A DNA stretch of 64,000 bases from Laetmonice hystrix (Eukaryota). This document shows positions 12,101-27,100 of the stretch, in pieces (position 1 is the first letter of the stretch; every line of letters starts with the position of its first letter). Both the position numbers and the translations under genes were made by a program. The notes beneath the pieces were generated by a model that was given only the letters and a program-made list of their open reading frames with translations, did no database searches and was not told where the DNA came from. The stretch is from the NCBI GenBank assembly GCA_965235115.1, contig OZ249436.1, positions 16,928,001 to 16,992,000 on the forward strand, in the 5' to 3' direction.

Positions 12101-15100
12101 GCGCAGGAACTCAATCTGAAGTTTTAAAAAACATACACTAATTTGAAGCAGAACACTGTAATCATAAGCCAAATGAGTGACATTTAATTCTCTCGGTGCT
12201 CGGTTTTACATGGATAGAAGTTCTTGATCAAATTATCCCCTACAGAGTGTACTAGTATATCAAGGTACGCACCTCTTTCTTGATACTTTCAATGTTTTTC
12301 TTCTTCCTGCGGGCCATGTGGCTGGGCTGGTAATTCCGGCGTACCCCCTCCTCCAGGCACTTCACCTGGAGAGGCTGCAGCATGAAGATGTCTCCAGTAA
12401 GTTTACATGACACTGAACTAGACCTACAATACTGGAGTGAGTGGAATAAGATTTTTATTCTATGAAACCATACTATCAACAGGGAACTAGAAATATCTAT
12501 AATATAGATATTACAATATTATTGTAGTTATAAAACACCGTCGTGGTATGGTATGGTATGAGTTAATGAAAGGCTGAGCTCCATAGCCCTTCCAATTTTT
12601 GAAACACTTACAGTGGGAGTGTTACCATGGAGACCCTGTCCCCCAATACCTTGGGAGTGTTACCATGGAGACCTTGTCCCCCAATACCGTGGGAATGTTA
12701 CCATGGAGTCCCTGTTCCCAATGTCCCCAATACCTTGGGAATGTTACCATGGAGACCCTGTCCCCCAATACCGTGGGAGTGTTACCACTGAGACCGTCCC
12801 CCAATACCTTGGTAGTGTTCCCATGGAGACCTTGTCCCCCTACCATCGAGACCCTGTCCCCCAATACTGTGAGAGTGGGAATGTTACCATGGAGACTGTT
12901 CCCCCAAACCGTGGGCGTGTTACCATGGAGAACCTGTCCCCCAATACCGTGACAGTGGGAATGTTACCATGGAGACCCTGTCCCCCAATACCGTGCGAGT
13001 GGGAATGTTATGGAGACCCTGTTCCCCAAAACCGTGGGAGTGTTACCATGGAGACCCTGTCCCCCAATACCGTGCGAGTGGGAATGTTACCATGGAGACC
13101 CTGTTCCCCAAAACCGTGGGAGTGTTACCATGGAGACCCTGTCCCCAATACCGTAGGAGTGTTTCCATGGAGACATCACGCTGTGCGAAACATGAACATA
13201 ACTGACAGTAATCACATCGCCTTGATATAGAGGTAAAGCTGGCGAAGAAAGAAACTATCAACTTTATCAGTTGGACTCTGTGAAAGAAATGTGCCGAGCC
13301 GAGCGGGAGCCATACGATGAGAGAGATTATTAGGACGTCTGGGGTTGGCTCGGACATCAAAGGCCAGGCGGCCGTGTCGGCTCATCAGTCTAACTACGCT
13401 GATCAGACAGTGGAGATGACGTCCATTTATACCTCAAGATGTCGCTCCGGCAGCAGGCTGTAGCTTCAAACTGTGTGTGCCCTTTCTCTGATAACTATAC
13501 CTTCTCCTACCTCTCGACCACCGTCCCTCAGCCCCACCCCAGCCCCACCCCAGGCCCCCGCCCCCGTCCCTCAACCGCCCCTCCCCCAGCCCCACCCCAG
13601 GCCCCCGCCCCCGTCCCTCAACCGCCCCTCCCCCAGCCCTACCCCAGGCCCCCGCCCCCGTCCCTCAACCGCCCCTCCCCCAGCCCCACCCCAGGCCCCC
13701 GCCCCTCCCCCAGCCCCACCCCAGGCCCCCGCCCCGTCCCTCAACCGCCCCTCCCACGGCCCCACCCCACCGGCCGTGAATTTTCTTTCCCCAAACGACA
13801 TAGGATTTCGAGGCTTCTGATTGGTTAGCACTCCATTTCCCCCAGCCGTCGCCCCACCCCCGGCCCCTCCCACGGCCCTAACCCACCCCCGCCCCCTGCC
13901 CTCGCTCGCCCCTCCCACTGCTCCTTGCACGGCCTCCTAAACGGATCTAACCATGTCACCGTCAGATGTCAGACCATCAGAGATCCGGAGCTCCGTAATG
14001 GAGTCACTTCTTTTCTTTATCTCGCTATTTGATCTCCCCCACCACGGCCAGGTTCCGGCCCGCTCAGTGAGCTGATACATCAAGGCCCTGGGTACACGAC
14101 TCGACATCAAGGCCCGCCCAGCAAGCCCAGTGTACACGACTCGACATCACGGCCCGCTCAGTGAGCTCAGGGTAGACGACTCGACATCACGGCCCGCTCA
14201 GTGAGCTCAGGGTACACGACTCGATATCACGGCCCGCTCAGTGAGCTCAGGGTAGACGACTCGATATCACGGCCCGCTCAGTGAGCTGATACACCAAGGC
14301 TCAGGGTACACGACTCGACATCACGGCCCGCTCAGTGAGCTCAGGGTAGACGACTCGATATCACGGCCCGCTCAGTGAGCTGATACACCAAGGCTCAGGG
14401 TAGACGACTCGACATCACGGCCCGCTCAGTGAGCTCAGGGTAGACGACTCGACATCACGGCCCGCTCAGTGAGCTCAGGGTAGACGACTCGACATCACGG
14501 CCCGCTCAGTGAGCTCAGGGTAAACGACTCGATATCACGGCCCGCTCAGTGAGCTGATACACCAAGGCCCTGGGTACATGGCTCGACATCACGGCCCGCT
14601 CAGTGAGCTGATACACCAAGGCTCAGGGTACACGACTCGACATCACGGCCCGCTCAGGGTTGTGACGTAGTCCTAGGGTTGTGACGTAGGCCTAGGGTTG
14701 TGACGTAGGCCTAGGGTTGTGACGTAGGCCTACCGGTGGAGTTTGCTTACTCTATTCTGATAACACAAAAATGGACCAGGACAGGCTCAGACATAAAAGA
14801 TTTGTTGGAAGATATGAAGACACTCACTACTTCTTAACTTCTGTTCATATCGCTGTACTAATATCAATCCGTACACAGAACATCGAAAGGTCGAGTCAAT
14901 AAGACGCCATGCGTACTCAGGAATACACAGAGCCTTCCACAGCCCAAAACTACGAGAGGAGATGATCACGGTTCCGTGGAAGGGAGGGCTACCGAGTGTT
15001 GGCTCAGACTAGGGGATTGCTCAGACTGGGGGATTGCTCCCTGCCCCCCCCCCCCCCCCCCAGCCGCTCGGTCGATGCCCAGGTAAATGAGGGCTCCCGA

Positions 15101-18100
15101 GGCTCCCGAGTGTTGGAACCAGGGCGGCTCAGACTGGCGGCGGATGATGACGGGCCTGAGTTATTAATGCCCTCGTCCGACCAGAATCCCGCTGGGGGCG
15201 CGCCCTCGGCTAGTGGCACAAACTGTCGCCAGGGGGCATGTTGAACGAAAGGGCCGACACCACAATGACCAATCCCTCATTCATAGTTGATGGTTGCGGC
15301 ACTCGCTTATAGACATACAGTGGTAGAGCTGTCAGACGGACCAGAACCATTTCTCTGGGTCAGCCGCCGAGCGCGGGCCATCAACTCCGCTCCACGTCAT
15401 AAAATGATAACCACGGCCAGACAGCCTCGATCTGGGCCGAGTCATTACTCTCTAGGCTCTTTGCCATCAGTCGGTCTGTCTCCATGGTTACGACACGACA
15501 TAAACACAACAAGCAACGTTCTACACTAAGTCTTTACGTACAGAAAACACTCTATACTCCGAGACCTTCGGGACCTTATGTACGCCTACCGTCCGACGTC
15601 CACTTAAAGACCATTTGTTAAATCCCAACCACTGCACCCGTCATGGCCCATTGTCCTGGCTGACGACGAGGATCTTTGAGATACAATCACCTGGAACGAC
15701 TGTGACATCAGTAAAAGCCTTTGGTGATTGGACGTCAACCACTTTACGTGTATAACGCTGAGACGCGACATACTGTACATTGTACACCAGCCAAACCGAC
15801 ATCTGCACGGATTGGGACAGACTATGGGGATAAAACCTTTTGTGTATATAGGTCAGAGACAGAGGTTAGTGGCAGGGCTAGGGTTAGTGGCAGGGCTAGG
15901 GTTAGGGTTAGTGGCAGGGTTAGGGTTAGTGGCAGGGCCGGGGCTAGGGGCAGAGGGTAGCGTTAGGGGCAGTGATAGTGTTAGTGGCAGGGCCAAGGTT
16001 AGAGGCAGAGCTAGGGGCAGGGATAGGGTTAGCGGCAGGGATAGGGCTAAGAGAGTTTGAGGAGGTCTGAGGACCCCGATGTTAGAGACAGGGTTAGGTG
16101 AGAGGCGATGCCTACAATTCACAGTAATATAATGAGCTGCTACAAGTTTCAAGAGCAAGATTCAGGTCTTATCCGAGATGATTTAGATCACGTTCCTCGT
16201 TCATTCAGAAACCAAATCCTTTAGGGAAACGCACACGTTTACTTGGACATCCATTAAGTTTAACGGGTACAGGGTCCCGAAGCGCTGGGGCTACTGATGC
16301 GGGTACGCTGGTGGTGTTCAGCTCTCCTGTGGGATGGGTTGAGCGTTGAGGTGAGGGTGGGGTGGGGTAGGGTAGGGTAGGAGTGTTTGTGAGGTCAATC
16401 AATGCCAGCCCCTAGGCAGTCTGCGGGAGGCTCCTTCCTTGTATCTAGGATAAAGATTATTCCGTCGTCTTCCCTCAGGGAAGGGCTCAGTCCGGGGTCA
16501 GGAGTTGGTCAGTCCCTGCTTCATTGCCTGCCGGAGGGGACCTAGGTCCCTCCCTCATTGCTTGTCGGAGGGGACCGAGGTCCCTGCCTCATTGCCTGCC
16601 GGATGGGACCGAGATCCCTGCCTCATTGCCTGCCGGAGGGGACCGAGGTCCCTGCCTCATTGCCTGCCGGAGGGGGACCGAGGTCCCTGCCTCATTGCCT
16701 GCCGGAGGGGACCGAGGTCCCTGCCTCATTGCTTGTCGGAGGGGACCGAGGTCCCTGCCTCATTGCCTGCCGGAGGGGACCGAGGTCCCTGCCTCATTGC
16801 CTGCCGGAGAGGACCGAGGTCCCTGCCTCATTGCCTGCATGCCGGATGGGACCTAGGTCCCTGCCTCATTGCCTGCCGGAGGGGACCGAGATCCCTGCCT
16901 CATTGCCTGCCGGAGAGGACCGAGGTCCCTGCCTCATTGCCTGCCGGAGAGGACCGAGGTCCCTGCCTCATTGCCTGCCGGAGGGGACCGAGGTCCCTGC
17001 CTCATTGCCGGCTGGAAGGGACCGAGGTCCCTGCCTCATTGCTTGCCGGAGGGGACCGAGGTCCCTGCCTCATTGCCAGCCGGAGGGGACCGAGGTCCCT
17101 GCCTCATTGCTTGCCGGAGAGGACCGAGGTCCCTGCCTCATTGCCTGCCGGAGAGGACCGAGGTCCCTGCCTCATTGCCTGCCGGAGGGGACCGAGGTCC
17201 CTGCCTCATTGCCGGCTGGAAGGGACCGAGGTCCCTGCCTCATTGCTTGCCGGAGGGGACCGAGGTCCCTGCCTCATTGCCAGCCGGAGGGGACCGAGGT
17301 CCCTGCCTCATTGCTTGCCGGAGGGGACCGAGGTCCCTGCCTCATTGCCAGCATGAGGGGACCAAACCCTGCATGTGAGGCGGGGGGGCCCACCAATACA
17401 TTATTGCTGAATCCCCCGCTGCCATCTTCCTTAAGCTTGGTTTTAACGTAAAGTGCCCAGCCTGCACGAATCGTAATCTTGGCCTGTCCTTGTGATCTCA
17501 CACTCTGTATCTCGTGTTCCCAGGCTTGTTCTAACCGTTACTCGTGTACGGAGCGAGTCTCAAAGAGAGCGGGTCGCGGGGTTCAGTCGATTACTGGAGC
17601 AGAGGCTGGAGTTTGTCCGGCCCCGAAATACTGCTGCTGACATTCGCTGCCCTGGAGGACAGGCGTGTACTTACTCCAGGCCGATGAACCCTCCAGAACG
17701 CCCTCTCCTGGCTGTCCAACACCACTTTGTCGGCCTTCTTCCGCTCCTTCGCCAACCTGAGGACAACAAAAAAACAAGTAGAAATGGCCCTAGGCCTGAT
17801 GGACAGACACAAATAAACGGCCGAGGGTCCTTAACCTCATACAAAAACACAAAATGGTGGGTGTCCTGGGCCTGACGGGCAGACGCAAAACAGCAAGGGT
17901 CCTTGGATAGGCGGACAGACAATACAAAACGGCGGGGTCCTTGGATTGGCTGACACACAATACAAAACGGTCGGGGTCCTTGGACTGACCGACAGACACA
18001 GAACGGTTGGGGGGTCCTAGGACTGATGGAGAGACACAGAACGGTTGAGGGTCCTAGGACTGATGGACAGACACCGAACGGTTGGGGGTCCTGTGACTGA

Positions 18101-21100
18101 TGGACAGACACCGAACCGTTGGGGGGTCCTGGGACTGATGGACAGACACAGAACGGTTGGGGATCCTGGCACTGATGGACAGACACAGAACGGACGGGGG
18201 CCCTAGGACTGATGGACAGACACAGAACGGTTGGGGGTCCTAGGACGGACGGACACAGAATGGTCGGGGGTCCTGGGACTGAGGGACAGACACAGAACGG
18301 TTGGGGGTCCTAGGACTGATGGACAGACACAGAACGGTTTGGGGTCCTGGACCTGAGAGGGATGAAACCATGAACATGAGAACATGAGTTATGAGAGGCA
18401 ATAAGTTAATTATGTATCTGGCCCTGTCTGACCGAGAAAAACCAAGTTAACATCGGACAGCGGTGTATAGACATGTCCTTTACGACAGCCCGGGGTGGAG
18501 CAGACATATTAGGTCTGTTCGCTTGGATAGAAAATATTGGCTGCCATTTTACCGGTGGTCCGGGCCGGATGGGCCGTCCTGAATGTCAAGCAGTGACTTT
18601 GAATCTCCCAGCTAGGGAGTGGAGGATGCTTGCGCCTGCCTCCCCCCCCCCCCCACACTCAACCCACTCAGTGCGCCTGCCCCCCCCCCCCCACTAAACC
18701 ACCTCAGGGCGCCTGCCCCCCCCCCCCCACTGAACCCCCTCAGGGCGCCTGCCCCTCTCCGTGTCTCCTCGCCGTGTCCCCTCTCCGTGTCCCCTCTCTG
18801 TGTCCCCCTCTCCTGTCCCCGCCCCTCGCCTGTCCCCGTCTCCCCTCTCCTGTCCCCGCCTCCCCTCCCGGATTACGTCATGAACACAGGAGAGCCACGT
18901 CCCGGATGTAGAACGTCGGTCTGATGGCGGCCAACAGAGGGGGCGACAGTCGTTGCTTCCGGTCACAGTGCATCAACCCAGACACAAGCAGCGGGAACGA
19001 GGCTCAAGGACAGCCAGGTCAAACCTAACACAAAACCAAGTCACCAGGGACAATGATAACAGAGATCGCCGTAATAACGTATAACTATAATATGATAACA
19101 TAGACCGTCATAATAACGTAACTAACTATAATATGATAACATACACCGCCCTAATAACGTATAACTATAATATGACATTAAAAGTGGGAGACGGCGGCGG
19201 AATTAAACATGGTTCAACTCGGCTGATGGTTCGAGACGGATCCTCACCACGGGCAGCTGGATGTCATCATCATCAATGCCATCCTCAACACCATCAGAGA
19301 TCATCAACATCATTGCCATCCTCAACATCATCAGAGATCATAGTCATCATCGGAGATTATCAATATCAACATCATTGGAGAGGAGGAGGAGTAGGAGGAG
19401 GAGGAAGAGGAGGAGGAGGAGGGGCAGGAGGAGAGAGAAGGCATAGGAGGGGCAGGAAAGGGGAATGGACAGGAGGGAGAAGAGGAGGGGGAGAGGAGGC
19501 GGCAGGAGGGGGAGAGAATATAATATCCCGGAGCTTGCGTGGATCTGAATTATGGGGATCCATCGTTTGGTGGGTTGTCCCTGTGTAATCTATGATGACG
19601 CACCACTCCACATCATTCGATAACGTAGAAATCAGGGTTATTTCGAACTGAATGCTTTAAGCCACCTACCAGTACCTGACCTGGATATCCATCTGACCTG
19701 GATATCTCACGTGGTTTTAATATGGGTCGAGGGATGACCGGCTTGAGTGGTACCCCAACTGATCTCACGAGGGTAAATTACTAACTCATGCATTATAAAT
19801 ATATCATCATAATCCGGAGGTTTTTTTTATCTACACTTGCCCTGATAACAGGCGTGATGTACCTACCTAACCTGTTACAGGAATACTTGCCCTTAGAACA
19901 GGGGTGATGTACCTAACCTGTTAAAGGAATACTTGCCCTGATAACTGGGGTGATGTACTTACCTAACCTGTTCCTCTGCTTGCATGAGTATGAAGTCCCA
20001 TTTATCACAAAGCATCTTTTGTAGCTTGTTGAACGACGCCTGAAACAAAGAATAGGAATAACATGAACATTCTTTATGAAGCCCTCTGTACAGGCAAAAC
20101 CGCTAACAGGCCGGGGCATCAAATCAGGAGGTGGATCCTTGTTCTTGTACAGGTAACTCGGCGTCTCTAACAGGTCAGGGGAATGGATCAAATCAGGGGT
20201 GGATCATTGTGACTGTAAGGTAACTCTGTGTCTCTAACAGGCCGGGGCATCAAATTATGAGGTGGATCCTTGTGACTGTACAGGTAACTCGGCGTCTGAA
20301 ACAGGTCGGGGGAAGGGATCAAATAATAGGTTATACAGGTAACTCAGCGTCTGAAACAGGTCGGGGGAAGGGATCAAATCAGGGGGTGGATCCTTGTGAC
20401 TGTACAGGTAACTCAGCGTCTCTAACAGGTCGGGGGAACGGATCAAATCAGGAGGTGGATCCTTGTGACTGTACAGGTAACTCAGCGTCTGAAACAGGTC
20501 GGGGGAACGGATCAAATCAGGGGGTGGATCCTTGTGACTGTACAGGTAACTCAGCGTCTCTAACAGGTCGGGGGAAGGGATCAAATCAGGGGGTGGATCC
20601 TTTGTGACTGTACAGGTAACTCAGCGTCTGAAACAGGTCGGGGGAAGGGATCAAATCAGGGGGGTGGATCCTTGTGACTGTACAGGTAACTCAGCGTCTC
20701 TAACAGGTCGGGGGAACGGATCAAATCAGGGGGTGGATCCTTGTGACTGTACAGGTAACTCAGCGTCTCTAACAGGTCGGGGGAACGGATCAAATCAGGG
20801 GGTGGATCCTTGTGACTGTACAGGTAACTCAGCGTCTCTAACAGGCCGGGGCATCAAATCAGGGGGTGGATCCTTGTGACTGTACAGGTAACTCTGCGTC
20901 TGAAACAGGTCGGGGGAATGGATCAAATCAGGGGGTGGATCCTTGTGACTGTACAGGTAACTCAGCGTCTGAAACAGGTCGGGGGAATGGATCAAATCAG
21001 GGGTAACCCAGCGTCTCTAAGGCCTGCATCCCGTGAGATATTAGTTAAACTGGCAGCTCAGCGCTCGCCGCCAACAATATCTCACATGTAGGAGTTGTGT

Positions 21101-24100
21101 GGACGATCTGAACACTCAGGCTCCTCCTCTTCATGTCATTATTGATGTCACTGCTTCCACTGCTGTATCCACCTGCCGCGCGCCCTTCCTCCCTCCACCT
21201 TACCCCCAACCCCCGCAATCCACACAGGATGGTCCTCATCACGTGCAAAAAGGTCACTGGTCAACTCCAGTGAGATGAAGACAGAGTCCTGGCTGAACCT
21301 ACAAATTGGTCCCACACTTACAAGTCAAGCTCTGACTCTACAAGCTATAGACCAACTTTAAAATATATACCAACTTAAAAAGTTATCACTAACTCTACAC
21401 ATCAATTCTCAGGCCAAGCCCATCAATTCTCAGGCGAAGCCGTGCGCAAAATCTCTACATTACGGCTTAAAGCCTGTAAAGCCACGTCCAGTAACAGCAC
21501 GCTCACACTCGATCCCCCCGAGCATGTTTTATCAATATAGCGCGTGGCCTCTCTTTGACAAGTCTGACCAAACTTGGAGTTGAACCAGAAATCATTTCCT
21601 CACCTGTTCGTGATCGTCAAGTCCGTGTCGCTGTTTGTTGCGCATGCTCCGTTTGGCCAGGTAGATAGCTGAAAGTACAGTGTTCCGGAGAGTTGAAGTG
21701 TACTGCTTGTGGCTTGATTACACACCAATCAGCGCTATATATATTTATTTCGGACCTCTTTATGCTATTATATAAGAAAAACGCAATGTCAGTCGAAAGA
21801 TTTTGCCCCTTTAAGATATCAATGTTACACCGGCGTGTATGCCTTGGAGACCTGACGCCAGGAATCTAGGTCACGAAACACAAGACGACATCAATCAAAT
21901 CAATACCATGAGATCAGCTTTGACTTCAGATCTCTTCAGGTCAAGCGATCCATGAGCTCGAGGAATCCATTATCTGAAGGAAGAGGATGGTTAACACTTG
22001 ATGACGATGGGCACGTCTGCAGCCCCTTCCATGAGGCAGGGGGCACACGTACGCGCATCCCCTCCCATGAGGCAGGGCTGCAGACCTTACATGAGGCTGG
22101 CAGCCGGCATACCATCCGGGGCCTGCCTCATGGACTAAAATGCCTCGTCAGGTGACCTCATGAATCCTGCATGGACAGGTCACCGACAAACAGGGCTTAT
22201 ACGTTGATTGATGCTCATTGACATATGTCATCAAACTTTGATTGACAGCTGCTAGAGCCCACTTACCGCAATCTCTCTCCCACCCCTCTCCCCTCCATAA
22301 TGACGACTGCTCAGTCTGCAATCACACCACAACGTCTGCATGTTTCTATCTTCGGTACAGATACATTCCTCTCGGTGTTAGAGTAGAGGATAGAACTAAT
22401 TGGCTTTGTAATATTCAACTGTATTGTTTATATACATGTACATGTATATATAATCGTTATTATGATGATGACAAATATGAGTTCAAGTCAGAATCGCGGA
22501 GTAAGCAGAATGGCAGGGCTTTCATTGCTCCTGGTCAGTGCTGACGTAGCAGATATTCGAACAGTTCTCGCGATGTTGGTCAAGTCTCCGACCGGATCTC
22601 GTCTCCAAGAGAACGCCGCGCCCGCTGTCCATACGTCACGTGACTCGGGACCTCAGGTGGCGTCTGTCTGCAGGGTCACGGCCTCGAGGTCACAGCCTCG
22701 CTGTAGGTGTGACGTCCCATTCTGAGGTCAAACGTTTCATATGGGCCAGGACTGTTTTGGGGTGACCACATGCGCCAAGCATAGCGTATGACCGCAGGCA
22801 CGGTGTGACCACAGGGGCGGTGTGACCCCAGGCACGGTGTGACCCTAGGCGCGGTGTAACCACAAGCGCAGTGTGACCACAGGGGCGGTGTAATAACGAC
22901 AGACGCGGTGTGACCACAGGGGCGGTGTAACGACAGACGCGATGTGACCACAGGGGCGGTGTGACCCAACCAGACCCACAACCGGCCCCTGACATCTTCT
23001 TGACCAAAATCAGTTACATCTCGAAGGACTTTATCGGTATATGTCCAAGTTAGAAAAGGACTAAAGTGGACGTACGAAAACGTAAGGTTAGGTTCACCCT
23101 TGTAACCGGTGCTATATGATTGGTCACGAGCAAATGTAATAATATGAGGCGCCACCGCTAGGTACCGTGTTGGTTCTTCGGACGGAGCCGATAGTAGGTG
23201 GGCGGCCGAACTATTTATAACCCGAACGTAAAGGGAACTTATAGCAATGTCACGTGAAAAGTATTCACCAATTATGCAAGGCCTTAGAAAGATTCATGGA
23301 CGTAATGACTGTATAAATGAGGGTCAATTGTGAGTTTGTGTAATAGTTAGATTCTGCTACAACTTTATCAATGGGTGTACAAGTAGTGTGTATACACAAA
23401 TGGGAGTGTGTGTACTAGCCAATTACACTCTGCTACGGCTTTATCAATGGGTGTACAAGTAGTACACACAAATGGGAGTATTTGTACTAGCCGGCTTTAT
23501 CAATGGGTGTACAAGTAGTATACACAAATGGGAGTGTGTGTACTAGCCAATTACTGGGGTTGTAATCAGGTGAAGCAAAACCCCCTAAACTTTTGTGGTG
23601 CAACTTGGGGCGGCTGCGGCAGGTGTGTCCCCTCCCTCAGCAAAAAATGTGATAATTTTATGTTCAAAATGCTTTCTCTCAACGTCTCAAAAAAATTGAC
23701 AAATTATGCCTCAGTTACGACTTTGTAAACAAATCACAACAACATAATTCGGCTCCATGTGATGATAGCTTCGCAAAGAACCTCATCGCTTTGGCCTCAG
23801 ACAACGACTATAAATAACTCGATGAGGAAAACACTTACAAATACCACCTCATAATGCTTGCCTCAGCGGCGGCCACTCGGCCAGTAAGAGGGCCTGGCAC
23901 TAAACCCACTTGACTTAATTTACTCGGTTAGAGATCAGAGATTGAGGGCGGTTGTTTCATGTCACGTGGTCGCTAGGTGTCAGGGACAATCACCCGGTGG
24001 TTATCGTCCACAATGATCTCCATGCCACACTCACAGAGCGTCCACCCGTCCAGACGGTACGGTCACCCCCACCCCCCCCCCACCTTCCCTACTCCAACGT

Positions 24101-27100
24101 AACTAGGTTACTCCGCCCTGATAACTTACATTACCAGCAATGCATGGACCCTGCTGGCAACCTGGCTCGCCATTTGATGGTAGACGTGTTAGGATCTGGT
24201 AAACTGTACACGGTAGACGATTCGTCCAGTCAGGATCCTATTCAGGAGATGGGCTCCGCTTCTAACTTAGTGGGGTATTTTTCAACTCTTTTTCTACTGA
24301 GGGTCCCCTATGGGGCAGGGGGTTTAATGAATGGCTTCCACGCCCTCTTCTCCTTTATCCATGAAAGATAAAGTTCTCCTACAATTGTTTTAAAGAGTCA
24401 TGGTCATAGTCTTCAAACTTAGATGATATACATCAGGATTTCGTGAAAACTGTCACCTGGCAGTTCTGTGTGTACGGAACGTGTTTGTAACATTGACCGC
24501 CCATATAACAGTGACATTTCATTCCACACAACTCCCAACACAGGGATTGTTTGTAGAGACTTTTTCTATTGCTACGTCTGTGTCCATGCCACGCTGAAAT
24601 CGAGGATTCCGTGTGGTAAGAGAACTCCCCAGGATCTGCCGATGAAAATGACTCACATTACATACATAATCTTTATTAGCACTGTCCCATTGGGTTACTG
24701 GCCCACATCAGCCAACTGATGGCAAATCCTCCCTAAGGTTTCAGGTAGGGTAAAGTCCAAGTTCAGTACAAACCAACGAGCCAACCTGCAAATAATTGTT
24801 CTCTGGAATAATGTCTGGATCCGAAACGCCATCTCCGTAACCACACAAAACTGATCCCCACCGACTCCCAGCCGAGATTATGGGCAAGAAAACCCCAAGG
24901 CTTCCACCATAGGGAACCATTACTCATCACACAATATGCATCAGAGCATAACATTTCACCAATTTGCGGCCCTCTATCGCCTACACATAACAACCCCTTT
25001 TCCCTCAGGGCTCCTAAAAACAAGAGAACTAAATATTGTAGGAACTTTTAACTCCCCCCCACCCCCACACGCCCTTAGTGTCTAAAATTTACAATACTCC
25101 CTGTTGGGAGACAGGGAGACAATACTCCCTGTTGCAGTGTTGGGCAGGGTTTCCTGGAGGTTTTCGACTTTTTTTTTGGGGGGGGGGGGGGGGGGGGGGA
25201 ATGGTGCGAGTTTGGGGGGGGGGAGAGTAATGCAAAATTTTCCCCTTGGAAATTTTTTTTTGGGGGGGGGAGTAGCTGAATAATGGGAGAGTCTCCCCCC
25301 CCCCCCCCCCCCAAAAAAAAAGGGTTTGACCGTCTGCAATCAAGGAGAACCAACCTTCCCGCTTCACCCGCTTTGATAACCTTCCCCGCGATTCACATTT
25401 ATACCTAATTTGCATACTTGTGTGACGAAACAGCATTTCGTTCGTTGAGATCTCTTATTTCTGAACCCTGGGCTGTCGTAACCCAGCTCTGAGTTATCTG
25501 GCCACTCACTCAACCACTGCTCCGAGTTTACCAACAAACAAATTTGACAACAGTTACTGACCCAATTTCTCTGATGGACCTGCATGCATTGTTAACCGAT
25601 CCCGATGTAAGGACCTGCATGAATTGTTAACCGACCACCACGTATGGTCGCCAACCAAAAAAGCAGACGGTGATTTGTTGAATGTCCCAGTTACCAACAG
25701 TAGCGCTGATCGCCTGTTGACATGTATTACCGCCTCACATGGCACATCACGGTTACCAAGGTTTGCTGACATTTCCTGATGTCATTGGTCGTCTCCGAGG
25801 GTGATTCGAGGACCAGAGGGTGATTCGACAACCCGAGGGTGATTCGACAACCCGAGGGTGAATGTGACTGGGGGGATTTCACAGAATAAAACTTGTTTGT
25901 CTTGTTTCCACGGTTACAGGGATTAGCATTTCTTAAACTACCCCAGTGGAAAATCTCCCTGTCTGCCATGGAATCCACAGTTTGTGTTCCCGTGATCCGC
26001 CTTAATCCACGATAATCCTCGACTAAACATGTAATTTGACGTCTGGGACGCCTTCCTTGTCCTTGGAACCAGACCCTCCACGGTCCTAGAACCAGTCCAC
26101 TCCACGGTCCTGGAACCAGCTCCCTCCACGGTTCTGGAACCAGGCCCCTCCACGGTCCTGGAGCCATTCCCTCCACGGTCCTGGAACCAGGCCCCTCCAC
26201 GGTCCTAGAACCAGTCCCCTCCACGGTCCTGGAACCAGACCCTCCACGGTCCTAGAACCAGTCCCCTCCACGGTCCTGGAACCAGACCCCTCTACGGTTC
26301 TGGAACCAGGCCCCTCCAGGGTCCTGGAGCCATTCCCTCCACGGTCCTGGAACCAGGCCCCTCCACGGTCCTGGAGCCAGTCCCTCCGCGGTCCTGGAAC
26401 CAGACCCTCCACGGTCCTAGAACCAGTCCCCTCCACGGTCCTGGAGCCATTCCCTCCACGGTCCTGGAGCCATTCCCTCCACGGTCCTGGAACCAGGCCC
26501 CTCCACGGTCCTGGAGCCAGTCCCTCCGCGGTCCTGGAACCAGACCCCTTCACGGTTCTGGAACCAGACCGCTCCACGGTTGTTGGACTCCACGTCCTAC
26601 TGAGTCTGTCCCTCCCACACAGAAGCTTTTCCCTGAACAATATAAGCCAACTCAAGGAAGATTACCTGCAATGCAAATATTGTTTTAACTCTTATATGTG
26701 CATGCTTTCTACGGCAGGTTAATGATCCTCGTGGCATCAGATGAACCTGTCCCTTGGAACCTGTGACTCGCTTTGACCGACAAGGGTAGATCCGAGCCAG
26801 TCTCAATAGGCCTAACTGCTGCCCTCTGTATGTCGGCCACCCGCACACAAATATCAAATTCCAATCGGTATGTTGGAAACAATAACAACAAAATGATCTG
26901 CTTACCATAGTCGACATTGTCGGGCTCCCAGTTTTGTGACGGCCAGAAGTATGGACTCTGGAAGAAAGAAGGACAAAGACAACTGGGTTGTCAACTTATG
27001 GTGAACAGAAATGGCAGACACAGGTATTTAACTAGGGTACTGAATGAGTGTAGTAGCTGTAATGTGAACCGGTAATAGGCCTACTAAATGTGTGTAGTAG

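Noticed and set aside
14057..14655. gctcagtgagc resembling a parvoviral ITR Rep-binding site
   Set aside because: Too short; no hairpin ITR or viral ORF.
15863..16050. Telomere or chromosome-fusion relic
   Set aside because: Highly degenerate and short, with no head-to-head TTAGGG/CCCTAA junction.
16505..17451. 283/297-aa repetitive ORFs
   Set aside because: Translations of a 34-bp repeat, antisense within an intron.
20085..21020. 69-bp array as another duplicated acceptor (tgtttcag shared with the exon 20039 acceptor)
   Set aside because: Only an 8-nt match; the array does not overlap the exon and contains no exon sequence.
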